A program made the translations under genes and the position numbers. A stretch of DNA of 35,952 nt from Actinomycetota bacterium (GTDB taxonomy: Bacteria > Actinomycetota > Acidimicrobiia > Acidimicrobiales > Ilumatobacteraceae), in NCBI GenBank assembly GCA_041175765.1, contig JBEDEI010000085.1, positions 1 to 35,952 of the forward strand, in the 5' to 3' direction. Below, in pieces: positions 26,444 through 34,152 of the stretch. The notes beneath the pieces are model-generated. The model did not search any database, had not been told where the DNA came from, and saw nothing but the letters and a program-made list of their open reading frames with translations. Numbering within the stretch: position 1 is the first letter of the stretch; the number at the start of each line of letters is the position of its first letter.

Positions 26444-26919
26444 GCATGTCCATCACGGTTCACGGGCAACCCACAAAATGCACAGGGTGGTCGTCCGGCG
26501 CGCACGAGGCGTTCTGCCTGTTGACAAAACATCAGAGCCTGGACTGTCGATAAGCGCAGCCGCACGCGACCGGCATCCGTCTCGCTGTCATCATCACTCG
26601 CAGGGGAGAGCTCCTCGAATTGCAGCACCAAGTGGTTGTCGCGACGGTCATAGGCCAGTCCCACGCTTCCCAGAGCGAAAATTGCATCGTCGGGTTCGAC
26701 GAACTGTGGTTCGCGCGTCAACTTGGTGGATACCGAAGGCGCATCATCGAGAGTTTTGCGAATGAAAGCGGCGAGTGCGGCAATTTGCTCCTTCTCGCAC
26801 TTGATGGAAAGCACTTCGCTGTTGTCGCCGATCTGTAAAAAGAACGTTCGCGCACCGGGAAGCCCCACGACGCCTGCGGTGAATGCATCGGCGGATTCGT
26901 AGTCGCGGTACACGGTCAT
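26425..26919 (-). CDS. DUF3090-family protein with C-terminal Cys/His zinc-knuckle-like motif
   Basis: Start at MTVYRDYESADAFTAGVVGLPGARTFFLQ (ATG 26919, ATGA overlap with the upstream phosphatase stop). C-terminus RAGRPPCAFCGLPVNRDGHACPKMN. The 287-aa track ORF from 27288 is an extension inside the phosphatase gene. Confidence 0.7.
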   Translation of the reverse strand: MTVYRDYESADAFTAGVVGLPGARTFFLQIGDNSEVLSIKCEKEQIAALAAFIRKTLDDAPSVSTKLTREPQFVEPDDAIFALGSVGLAYDRRDNHLVLQFEELSPASDDDSETDAGRVRLRLSTVQALMFCQQAERLVRAGRPPCAFCGLPVNRDGHACPKMN

Positions 26920-27548
26920 GATGGGCGCAGTTCCCGGAGCGATCCACCAGTGGAGTTCACCGTCAACACGATCGGAGCCGCATCCGAGTACACAATTGCA
27001 GTGACCGAGCAGGTGGAAATTACGATGCGTTGGAACAAGTCGAGCGGCGTACCCATTGCATGCGCGACTGCCGCCTTGATCGGGTCGGCATGTGAAACAC
27101 ACACAACTGTCTTGCCCGGGTGGCGACGACGAATCACATCGAGCGCACCCACCATGCGCCCCTGCATTTCCACGAAACTCTCGCCGTCGGGAAACCGAAA
27201 GGAACTTGGGGCTCGCTGGACGGTCGCCCACTCGGGCTTCTTCATCAGTCGTTGGAGTGACTGACCAGTCCATGAACCAAAGTCGCACTCCAACAAGCCC
27301 CGTTCGATACGTACCGGTTGTTTGAGGGCGCGGCTGATCGGTGCTGCTGTTTCGCGAGCACGTTCGAGTGGTGATGCATAGAGTGCGGCGATTTTTCCGA
27401 GCTCGGCGATGCGTTCGGCGACGCGAGCAGCCTGTTGCTTCCCGCTATCGGCCAGGTGCAACCCGCGTGCACGCCCCGGCAGAACTTTTCCCGTGGTGGG
27501 TGTGGTGCCGTGGCGCACCAAAAGCATCAAGGTGGGCTGCTTGCTCAT
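26916..27548 (-). CDS. Histidine-phosphatase (phosphoglycerate-mutase-like) family protein, MSMEG_4193-type putative phosphomutase/phosphatase
   Basis: LMLLVRHGTTPTTG (RHG motif). LADSGKQQAARVAERIA. YASPLERARETA. VVCVSHADPIKA. First gene of the trio. Confidence 0.75.
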   Translation of the reverse strand: MSKQPTLMLLVRHGTTPTTGKVLPGRARGLHLADSGKQQAARVAERIAELGKIAALYASPLERARETAAPISRALKQPVRIERGLLECDFGSWTGQSLQRLMKKPEWATVQRAPSSFRFPDGESFVEMQGRMVGALDVIRRRHPGKTVVCVSHADPIKAAVAHAMGTPLDLFQRIVISTCSVTAIVYSDAAPIVLTVNSTGGSLRELRPS

Positions 27549-27589
27549 GAACGCTCAACCTATCCCGACATCTCGTAGCGTCACGGTTC

Positions 27590-28276
27590 GTGACGAAGCA
27601 GCGGCGTGCGACACCCGACACGCAGACGGCGCTGCGCAAGCAGATCGTTGCGTGTGTGGCGTGCCCGCGGTTGGTGCGCTGGCGCGAAAAGGTCGCCGTC
27701 GAGCGACGCGCCGCCTATCGAGAGGAAACGTACTGGGGAAAGCCCATCGCTGGGTTCGGTGACCCTGCTGCACGAATCATCGTGCTCGGATTGGCTCCGG
27801 GTGCCCACGGTGCCAATCGCACGGGGCGAGTCTTTACTGGCGACCGCAGCGGCGACTGGCTATATCGCGCGATGCATAAAGCAGGTCTTGCCAATCAACC
27901 AATGTCGACGTCGCGCAATGACGGTCTCGCTTTACGCAATGCTTGGGTAACGGTGGCGGTGCGTTGTGCGCCGCCCGACAACACACCGTTGCCACTCGAG
28001 CAAAAACGCTGTTCGAGTTTCCTGGAGCGTGAATTTGCTCTCTTGCGCAACAAGAAGGTGGTGGTGTGTCTTGGTGGTTTTGCCTACGCGGCGGCCTGCA
28101 AGCATTTTGCGGTATCACCCCGCCCGAAATTCGCACACGGAGCAGTGGTGGATGCGGGATCAGTCGTACTCGTATGTTCGTATCACCCAAGTCAACAGAA
28201 CACGTTTACGGGGCGTCTCACGCAAGCAATGTTGGACGACGTGTTTGCCACCGCAAAACGGTTGGCGACAACGTAA
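27590..28276 (+). CDS. udgB: Uracil-DNA glycosylase superfamily, family 5 (UdgB-like)
   Basis: CVACPRLVRWREKVA. Motif A VLGLAPGAHGANRTGRVFTGD (GLAPGAHGANRTG is the family-5 form rather than the family-4 GEAPG). Motif B CSYHPSQQNTFTGRLT. GTG start. Confidence 0.8.
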   Translation: MTKQRRATPDTQTALRKQIVACVACPRLVRWREKVAVERRAAYREETYWGKPIAGFGDPAARIIVLGLAPGAHGANRTGRVFTGDRSGDWLYRAMHKAGLANQPMSTSRNDGLALRNAWVTVAVRCAPPDNTPLPLEQKRCSSFLEREFALLRNKKVVVCLGGFAYAAACKHFAVSPRPKFAHGAVVDAGSVVLVCSYHPSQQNTFTGRLTQAMLDDVFATAKRLATT

Positions 28277-28279
28277 TTC

Positions 28280-29473
28280 TTAGTGCGCTGCTGGCGCTGT
28301 TCCGTCGGCTTTCTTCTTCGGTGGTGGAACACCGATCTTCACCGAAGTCTCGGCAAATTCCGGCCAGCGGCGGCGGCTCACCACGCTGAGGAGGCGCAGC
28401 AACTTCATGGCCTTTTCGTCGGTCTCGGCTGGGCGTGCGACTACCGACCCGTCTTTGATCATGCGGTCCATCACCTCTTGCCCAAGCTCGGTACGCACGA
28501 CGCACAGTGTCCAGTCGTTGTCTTCACCAATTCCACCCGTGGAGATATCGGCATGTTCGGCGGCAAAGTCTGGACACATCTTGCAGCCTTCACGAGTCCA
28601 TTGGTGGCACTCTTTGAGATCGATTTCGTGGAATGAACCGTCGCGCATCCAAATCTGGAATGCTCCCTTGATGTTCATCTTCACCATGTCTTCTTTGCGC
28701 AAGTTGTACTTGGCGAGGAAGAGTTCCTCGAAAATTGCATCATCGAACGTCTTTGAACACAGCAAACCGATGTTGAACAAAAATGGCTTACCAACCTTGC
28801 CTGCCTTGCGCTTCCACATCACGGGCAGCACCGATGACTGGCAACTCATCCCCACTAGGGCAATGCGCTGCAGCCCTGCTTCAGCCGCGTCTTTCAGCGC
28901 CAAGGTGTTGGCGGAGTAGGTGTAACGACTGCCTGATGAGGCAAGAACTTCTTCTCGATTACGGGCAAGACCTGGTTTGGCTTTCCAATTCGAGCCGTCT
29001 CCGTCGAGAAAACTGGTGAGGGCTGCGTCGATGTAGTCATGCTGAAGCAGCCAGATGAGCATGGCGCCAACGAACCCACCGTCTTGGCCCTTCTTGTGGG
29101 TTTCGTCGTCGGCAGCACGAACGAGAAGGAGCTGTCGGTACTGGCCATACATCTCGTCGTCTTTGCGTGTGCGACCAAAGAGGTGCTCGTCGGCTTCCTG
29201 TTCCCAATTGCGAAAACGCGGGCAGGCCCGTGTGCAGGTGGTGCAACCCTTTTCGCCGTGGCCGCAGTTGGTGGGGCCAAGTTCTTCTTCGATGTGAAAC
29301 GGCTTGTACTTGCCCTCGGCGTGTTCGTAGCCAATCACATCGTGAGGGCAAGAGATCACGCATCCGGCACAACCCGTGCACAGACCCGTATTGATTACCT
29401 CTTCGTAGAGCTCTTTCCATTGGGCGGTCCAGCGTGTGGTGGCTGGCACATCCGTTACGGTCACGGCCCTCAC
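28280..29473 (-). CDS. FrhB/FdhB-family (coenzyme F420 hydrogenase/dehydrogenase beta-subunit-like) flavoprotein with N-terminal 2x[4Fe-4S] ferredoxin domain
   Basis: CTGCAGCVISCPHD and CGHGEKGCTTCTRACP cluster motifs. Followed by a roughly 300-aa domain with GQDGGFVGAMLIW, RIALVGMSCQ and LCSKTF blocks, recalled as FrhB-family features. GTG start. No partner hydrogenase or dehydrogenase subunits nearby. Confidence 0.7.
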   Translation of the reverse strand: MRAVTVTDVPATTRWTAQWKELYEEVINTGLCTGCAGCVISCPHDVIGYEHAEGKYKPFHIEEELGPTNCGHGEKGCTTCTRACPRFRNWEQEADEHLFGRTRKDDEMYGQYRQLLLVRAADDETHKKGQDGGFVGAMLIWLLQHDYIDAALTSFLDGDGSNWKAKPGLARNREEVLASSGSRYTYSANTLALKDAAEAGLQRIALVGMSCQSSVLPVMWKRKAGKVGKPFLFNIGLLCSKTFDDAIFEELFLAKYNLRKEDMVKMNIKGAFQIWMRDGSFHEIDLKECHQWTREGCKMCPDFAAEHADISTGGIGEDNDWTLCVVRTELGQEVMDRMIKDGSVVARPAETDEKAMKLLRLLSVVSRRRWPEFAETSVKIGVPPPKKKADGTAPAAH

Positions 29474-29533
29474 TCTACGATGTCAGCCCCGCACGAATCG
29501 TCGTTGTGGGCAAGTGCCCGACAGAATAAGAGC

Positions 29534-30790
29534 ATGTCCGCAAGCATCATTACCTACCCACCAGACGTTGAGGCGTTTCGACTCGAGGTTCGCGCCTGGC
29601 TCGAAGCGAACCTGCCCGCAGGATGGTTCAGTGAAGGGTTCGAACTTTCACCCGCTGCTCGCAAGAAGTTCAACGACGAATGGCCGGACAAGTTGTTTGC
29701 CGGTGGTTGGATTTGTGCGACGTGGCCGAAGGAATACGGCGGCAAAGGTTTGTCAACGCTGCAAGGTGTTGTGCTGAACGAAGAATTCGCCCGTGCGCGA
29801 GCACCGATGCGCGCTGATTTCTTCGGCGACACATTGGTGGGCCCAACGCTGTTGCAGTGGGGAACCGAGGAACAAAAGAAGGAATTCCTGCCGCAGATTC
29901 TTTCCGGCAAGATGCGTTGGTGCCAGGGTTTCAGCGAGCCCAACAGCGGGAGTGACTTGGCAAGTTTGAAAACTACGGCGGTGTTGGACGGTGACGAATG
30001 GGTGATCAACGGCCAAAAGGTGTGGACGACCGGCGGCCACTATGCCGACTACTGCTTCTTGCTCACGCGAACCGATCCAACTTCGCCGAAGCACAAGGGT
30101 ATTTCGTACCTACTGGTGCCGATGCGTCAACCTGGCGTGGAAGTGCGCGGCATTACTCAGCCGGACGGCACCGCAGAATTTTGTGAGGTCTTCTTCACGG
30201 ATGCCCGCTGCCCGAAGGACAACGTGGTTGGTGGTACCAACAACGGTTGGCAGGTCGCCAACAGCACCCTCGCCTTCGAGCGTGGCATGAGTGCGACCAC
30301 CGGGTACCGCAGGTTCGAAGAGGAATACCGCATCATGGTGGAAGCGGCCGTTGAGAACGGCAAGATTTGCGACCATCTCGTCCGCCAGCGTTTGATGCAG
30401 TTCTATTCCAAGATCCAAATTCTGCGCTTCAACGGCCTGCGCTCACTTGGCGCAAACTTGGCCGATAAGAAAGACTTTGGTGTGATGGCACTCGGTGCAG
30501 CCAACAAGATGTTCTGGAGCGAGATGCACAAGAGTGCGATGGAGCTTGCACTTGACATCTTCGGTACTCACTCGATGCTCGTTGACGCGGGTCCGGCATC
30601 CGGCACGTGGCCTGGAGCATTGCGCGAAAAACGTCGAGCGGGCTATCCAGCCAGTGCGATGATGTCGTCGTTTTTCTTTTCACGCTCAGAAACCATTTGG
30701 GGTGGCACGAGTCAGATTCAGCGAAACATTGTGGGCGAGCGTGTGCTCGGTCTACCCAAAGAACCAAAACCTGCCGGGGGAGAACAGTAA
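29534..30790 (+). CDS. Acyl-CoA dehydrogenase family protein
   Basis: Start at MSASIITYPPDVEAFRLEVRAWL (ATG 29534). WPKEYGGKG, GFSEPNSGSDLASLKTTA, DGDEWVINGQKVWTT, GGTSQIQRNIVGERVLGLP. The 583-aa track ORF from 29039 runs antisense through the frhB-like gene and is rejected. Confidence 0.9.
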   Translation: MSASIITYPPDVEAFRLEVRAWLEANLPAGWFSEGFELSPAARKKFNDEWPDKLFAGGWICATWPKEYGGKGLSTLQGVVLNEEFARARAPMRADFFGDTLVGPTLLQWGTEEQKKEFLPQILSGKMRWCQGFSEPNSGSDLASLKTTAVLDGDEWVINGQKVWTTGGHYADYCFLLTRTDPTSPKHKGISYLLVPMRQPGVEVRGITQPDGTAEFCEVFFTDARCPKDNVVGGTNNGWQVANSTLAFERGMSATTGYRRFEEEYRIMVEAAVENGKICDHLVRQRLMQFYSKIQILRFNGLRSLGANLADKKDFGVMALGAANKMFWSEMHKSAMELALDIFGTHSMLVDAGPASGTWPGALREKRRAGYPASAMMSSFFFSRSETIWGGTSQIQRNIVGERVLGLPKEPKPAGGEQ

Positions 30791-31114
30791 ATGTCATTCG
30801 TTGATGCGATCAAATCTGGTTTTCGCAACTATGCGAATTTCAAGGGTCGGGCGGGGCGTAGCGAGTATTGGTGGTTCTTTCTCTTTAGCCTCATCGTGCA
30901 GTCGGCGGCATCAGGCTTCGGTTCGGCCTTCGGCAACCTCGCCTCCATTGCGTTCCTACTCCCTTCCATTGCAGTTGGTGTGCGACGTATGCACGACACC
31001 GGCCATCGGGGTTGGTGGATGCTTTTTCCGATCGTGAACATTGTTTTTGCCGCCACGAAGAGTGATCCGGCGGCGAATCGTTTTGGGCCGCCGCCACCAC
31101 CGAAGGTGCTGTAG
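30791..31114 (+). CDS. DUF805-family small inner-membrane protein (YhaH/YhaI-like)
   Basis: FRNYANFKGRAGRSEYWWFFLF...VGVRRMHDTGHRGWWMLFPIVNIV...ANRFGPPP is the classic DUF805 pattern. Its ATG directly abuts the acyl-CoA dehydrogenase TAA. Confidence 0.75.
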   Translation: MSFVDAIKSGFRNYANFKGRAGRSEYWWFFLFSLIVQSAASGFGSAFGNLASIAFLLPSIAVGVRRMHDTGHRGWWMLFPIVNIVFAATKSDPAANRFGPPPPPKVL

Positions 31115-31117
31115 AGG

Positions 31118-31711
31118 ATGCGCTCACACGTCGCAACTCGACAAGCGGCGGTGTGGTGCGCAGCGGTGCTGAGCGCGCTGCTACTCGGTGCATGTGGCAA
31201 GGTGTCGGTTGATTCGACGTACGTGGGCAATGCGGACCTCGGTGCTTATGTCAAGGCACCAAGTAACTACCGGACTGAAGTGGTACAGACTCAACCCGAA
31301 TACACCTTGCATGGTTTTTGGGCTCCGGGTGGCAGTAAGAGCTCGCTGCTCAGACCGTCTGCGGTGGTGAGTGGTGTGGTAATTCGTCGCCTGCCCACCA
31401 CCGAAGAGCAGTCGGATCTCGACTACCTGGGTCGCACAGTTGCCTTTGACGATCTCGATCAAGCGCTTGAAGATGGTTTTGCCGAAGTGACTGAGGGCCC
31501 AAGCGACACCCGAGTGTCGACCCTGCCGGGCGAGAAGTTGGTGTTTGATCTCGAGACCGCGAACGGCACCCTGCGTGTGGTGCAGGTGAGCGTGGCCGAT
31601 CGGGTCAAGGGAGAGGTGTACGGCGTGGTGATTGGCTGCAGCGTGGTGTGTTTCAATGCCAATCGTGCGACGATAGACAACATCGTGAAGGACTTCCGTC
31701 TCAACTCATGA
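31118..31711 (+). CDS. Hypothetical lipoprotein
   Basis: Signal peptide with a good lipobox, AAVLSALLLGAC. GAGG Shine-Dalgarno-like sequence immediately upstream. The mature part is beta-rich and acidic with no recognised domain. Its stop overlaps the start of the FtsH-like gene (ATGA). Confidence 0.6.
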   Translation: MRSHVATRQAAVWCAAVLSALLLGACGKVSVDSTYVGNADLGAYVKAPSNYRTEVVQTQPEYTLHGFWAPGGSKSSLLRPSAVVSGVVIRRLPTTEEQSDLDYLGRTVAFDDLDQALEDGFAEVTEGPSDTRVSTLPGEKLVFDLETANGTLRVVQVSVADRVKGEVYGVVIGCSVVCFNANRATIDNIVKDFRLNS

Positions 31712-34131
31712 CCGCCTGGCCAACCCCGAACGGCAGCGCTAATGGCAGCGCGAACGGCAATGGCAGCGCGAACGGCAATGGCAGCGCGAACGGCCACGTC
31801 GCCACCACCCCACGCCGCCGACGCCGCAAGCGCGGCATTCGCAAGGCAAGGCCTGGGTGTCGCCGACCGCTGATGGTTTATGACCGAGTCAAAGTGTCGG
31901 TGCTGCTGCTCGGTGTGTTCGTCTTTTTGTCGTTCTTGAAGATGGCCGACAATCCGCTCGTCAGTTTCGTGGATGCGGTGCGTCTGACCTACAACTCCTA
32001 TGGGTGGATTCTCACACTCGTGATGCTCGATGTGTTGCGCCAGATTCATTACTTCACGGCTGAGCGGCTCCCAAAGTATTGGCGAGTGGTGGGCCGCGTG
32101 GAAGGCGTTATCAAGACACCGTGGAATCGTCTGTCGTCGTTTACGCAATACCGCCTGAGTCGCATCCTGCGCTACGTGTTGATCGTGGTGATCGGCGCCT
32201 TCCTCTTTTCTGCCGCGTTCGATACCGAGCCACTTGGTGCATGGTTGGAGGCACTCGTACGCCTCTGGCAGGCGGTGCCGACGATTCTGCAGTTCGTCGC
32301 CTATCTGTTGCTGGCCGTCGGTCAGTTCGTGGTGATTTTTTGGTTCCTTTCCAAAGGCGGCGTCGAGGTGCTGATGCCCGAGGACATCAAGACGTCGTTT
32401 GACGATGTGTGGGGTCAAGATCAAGTAGTCGGTCGCGTGAAGGAAACCCTCAGTCTGTTGGAAGATCCCGACTTGATCGAAGCCAAGGGTGGCTATGTTC
32501 CTGGCGGCATTCTGTTGTACGGCCCGCCAGGCACCGGCAAGACGCTGATTGCCGAAGCACTTGCGGGTGAAACGGGCAAACCATTCGTGTTGATCGAGCC
32601 TGGTGCATTTCAGGCGATGTTCATCGGTGTGAACATCTTGAAGGTGAAGTCGCTCTACCGACGCTTGCGTAAGTTGGCGCTGCGCTACGGCGGTGTCGTG
32701 GCATTTTTTGACGAAGCCGACGTACTCGGACGGCGCGCGATGTCGACAGGCGGTCAGGGCGGTCTGCGTACTGGTGCGGTACCTCATTCCTTCGGCAATG
32801 ATTCGTCGCTCGATTCTCTTGCGTATCTGAGCCCGGTCAGCCAATCGGTGGTGCTCGGGCACTACGACTCGATGGTCGGTGCGAAGGTTGACCGACTCGT
32901 GGTGCCTGGCGGTGGCGGCGGTGACCTCGGCACGCTGAACGCGATTCTCGCCTCGATGCAGGGCCTCAAGAAGCCGCGCGGATTCATCAACCGCATCAAG
33001 CGAGCCCTCGGCATGAAGCCGTCGAACCCACCGAAGTATCGCATCTTGCATGTGATGGCCACTAACTTGCCCGACTCGCTCGACGAAGCCCTGCTGCGCC
33101 CGGGTCGTATCGACCGTAAGTTCCGCGTTGGGTATCCGTCGCGCGACGGGCGAATTCGTACCTATCGCGGCTATCTCGACAAGGTGCGTAACACCTTGAC
33201 GAGTGAAGATATCGAGCGCCTTGCCACATCAAGCCCGTATTCGTCGGGTGCGGTCATCAAAGACATCGTGAACGAGGGCCTCATGGCTGCACTTCGTGAC
33301 GGTCGTGAAGTGATTGAGTGGCGCGACATCGTGGCGGCCAAGAGCCTGAAGGAGTACGGCGTCACCGATGGCTTCGAATACATCGATCGTGAGCGCCATG
33401 CAGTAGCCGTGCACGAAGCATGCCATGCGGTGGCGGCCTATCGACTGAAAGCCGACTTCCAGATTGACGTGGCAACCATCGAGCGCCGTGGCGACGTTGG
33501 CGGATTCGTGTCACGCGTGCCCGTGGTTGAGCGCATGTTCGAGTGGAAGACGGAGATCGAAAACGACATCCAAATTTCCATCGCAAGTCTCGTCGGCGAG
33601 CGAATGTTCTTCGATGGAGACAGTACGAACGGTGTCACAGGTGACCTTGACAATGCGACACGTCTTGCCCTGGTGATGGAGTCACGCTGGGGCATGGGTG
33701 AAACGCTTGCCTCGCACCAAGTGCTCGTCGCGGGTTCGGCAGGTGGTGCCGGTCGTGGTGGTGCCGGTACTCCCGAAGAAGAGGCAGCGGCGAAGGTGTC
33801 ACCCGTTTTGGGTGAGCGGGTCGAGCAACGCTTGCGTGAGATTTACGACCGCACCAAGACACTGCTTGACACCAATCGCTACGAAATTCTTTCGCTCGCC
33901 CACGCTCTCGAATGGCACCGCACGCTGAACGGGGCCGACGTTGAGGCCGTCATCAATCGCGCACGCGGACCAATCATTGACGGCACTGTTTACGGGGTGG
34001 ATTCGGTGCGCGCGACGATCGAGGCCTATCACGCCGAGGCCGTGCATTTGCACCGCACCGGTCAGGGTCAGCCGCGTTTGCCCGATGTGCAGGCGGTGAT
34101 TACTGCCACGCTCACGTCGACTGCGGGCTGA
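31708..34131 (+). CDS. Atypical FtsH-like membrane AAA+ / M41 zinc metalloprotease (four predicted N-terminal TM helices, inserted AAA domain)
   Basis: Walker A LLYGPPGTGKT. Pore loop AMFIGV. Walker B VAFFDEAD. SRH ATNLPDSLDEALLRPGRIDRKF. M41 motif VHEACHAVAAY (HExxH), ATIERRGDVGGF, GVTGDLDNATRLA. The N-terminus has an (NGSA)-type repeat, a polybasic stretch PRRRRRKRG, then four hydrophobic helices instead of the FtsH 2-TM-plus-periplasmic-domain layout. Confidence 0.8.
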   Translation: MTAWPTPNGSANGSANGNGSANGNGSANGHVATTPRRRRRKRGIRKARPGCRRPLMVYDRVKVSVLLLGVFVFLSFLKMADNPLVSFVDAVRLTYNSYGWILTLVMLDVLRQIHYFTAERLPKYWRVVGRVEGVIKTPWNRLSSFTQYRLSRILRYVLIVVIGAFLFSAAFDTEPLGAWLEALVRLWQAVPTILQFVAYLLLAVGQFVVIFWFLSKGGVEVLMPEDIKTSFDDVWGQDQVVGRVKETLSLLEDPDLIEAKGGYVPGGILLYGPPGTGKTLIAEALAGETGKPFVLIEPGAFQAMFIGVNILKVKSLYRRLRKLALRYGGVVAFFDEADVLGRRAMSTGGQGGLRTGAVPHSFGNDSSLDSLAYLSPVSQSVVLGHYDSMVGAKVDRLVVPGGGGGDLGTLNAILASMQGLKKPRGFINRIKRALGMKPSNPPKYRILHVMATNLPDSLDEALLRPGRIDRKFRVGYPSRDGRIRTYRGYLDKVRNTLTSEDIERLATSSPYSSGAVIKDIVNEGLMAALRDGREVIEWRDIVAAKSLKEYGVTDGFEYIDRERHAVAVHEACHAVAAYRLKADFQIDVATIERRGDVGGFVSRVPVVERMFEWKTEIENDIQISIASLVGERMFFDGDSTNGVTGDLDNATRLALVMESRWGMGETLASHQVLVAGSAGGAGRGGAGTPEEEAAAKVSPVLGERVEQRLREIYDRTKTLLDTNRYEILSLAHALEWHRTLNGADVEAVINRARGPIIDGTVYGVDSVRATIEAYHAEAVHLHRTGQGQPRLPDVQAVITATLTSTAG
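31729..31795 (+). repeat. Coding tandem repeat: three perfect 18-bp units AATGGCAGCGCGAACGGC preceded by a 13-nt degenerate partial unit
   Basis: Identical units at 31742-31759, 31760-31777 and 31778-31795, with a degenerate partial unit at 31729-31741. In frame, encoding NGSANGSANGNGSANGNGSANG at the N-terminus of the FtsH-like protein. Confidence 0.9.
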
Positions 34132-34152
34132 GTACGTAAACTCATTCCACGA

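Noticed and set aside
32710-32721. The sequence D-E-A-D in the FtsH-like protein
   Set aside because: It is the Walker B box of an AAA+ fold (hydrophobic strand VVAFF followed by DE), not a DEAD-box helicase motif II. No other helicase motifs are present.
31459-33051. 530-aa ORF on the minus strand, the longest unannotated ORF in the track
   Set aside because: It lies entirely antisense to the FtsH-like gene, whose sense frame carries unmistakable AAA+/M41 motifs. The antisense translation is Arg/His/Gln/Ala-rich with no recognisable motif, and merely mirrors the tandem repeat (AIAVRAAIAVRAAIAVRAAIS). This is a typical stop-poor shadow frame of GC-rich DNA.
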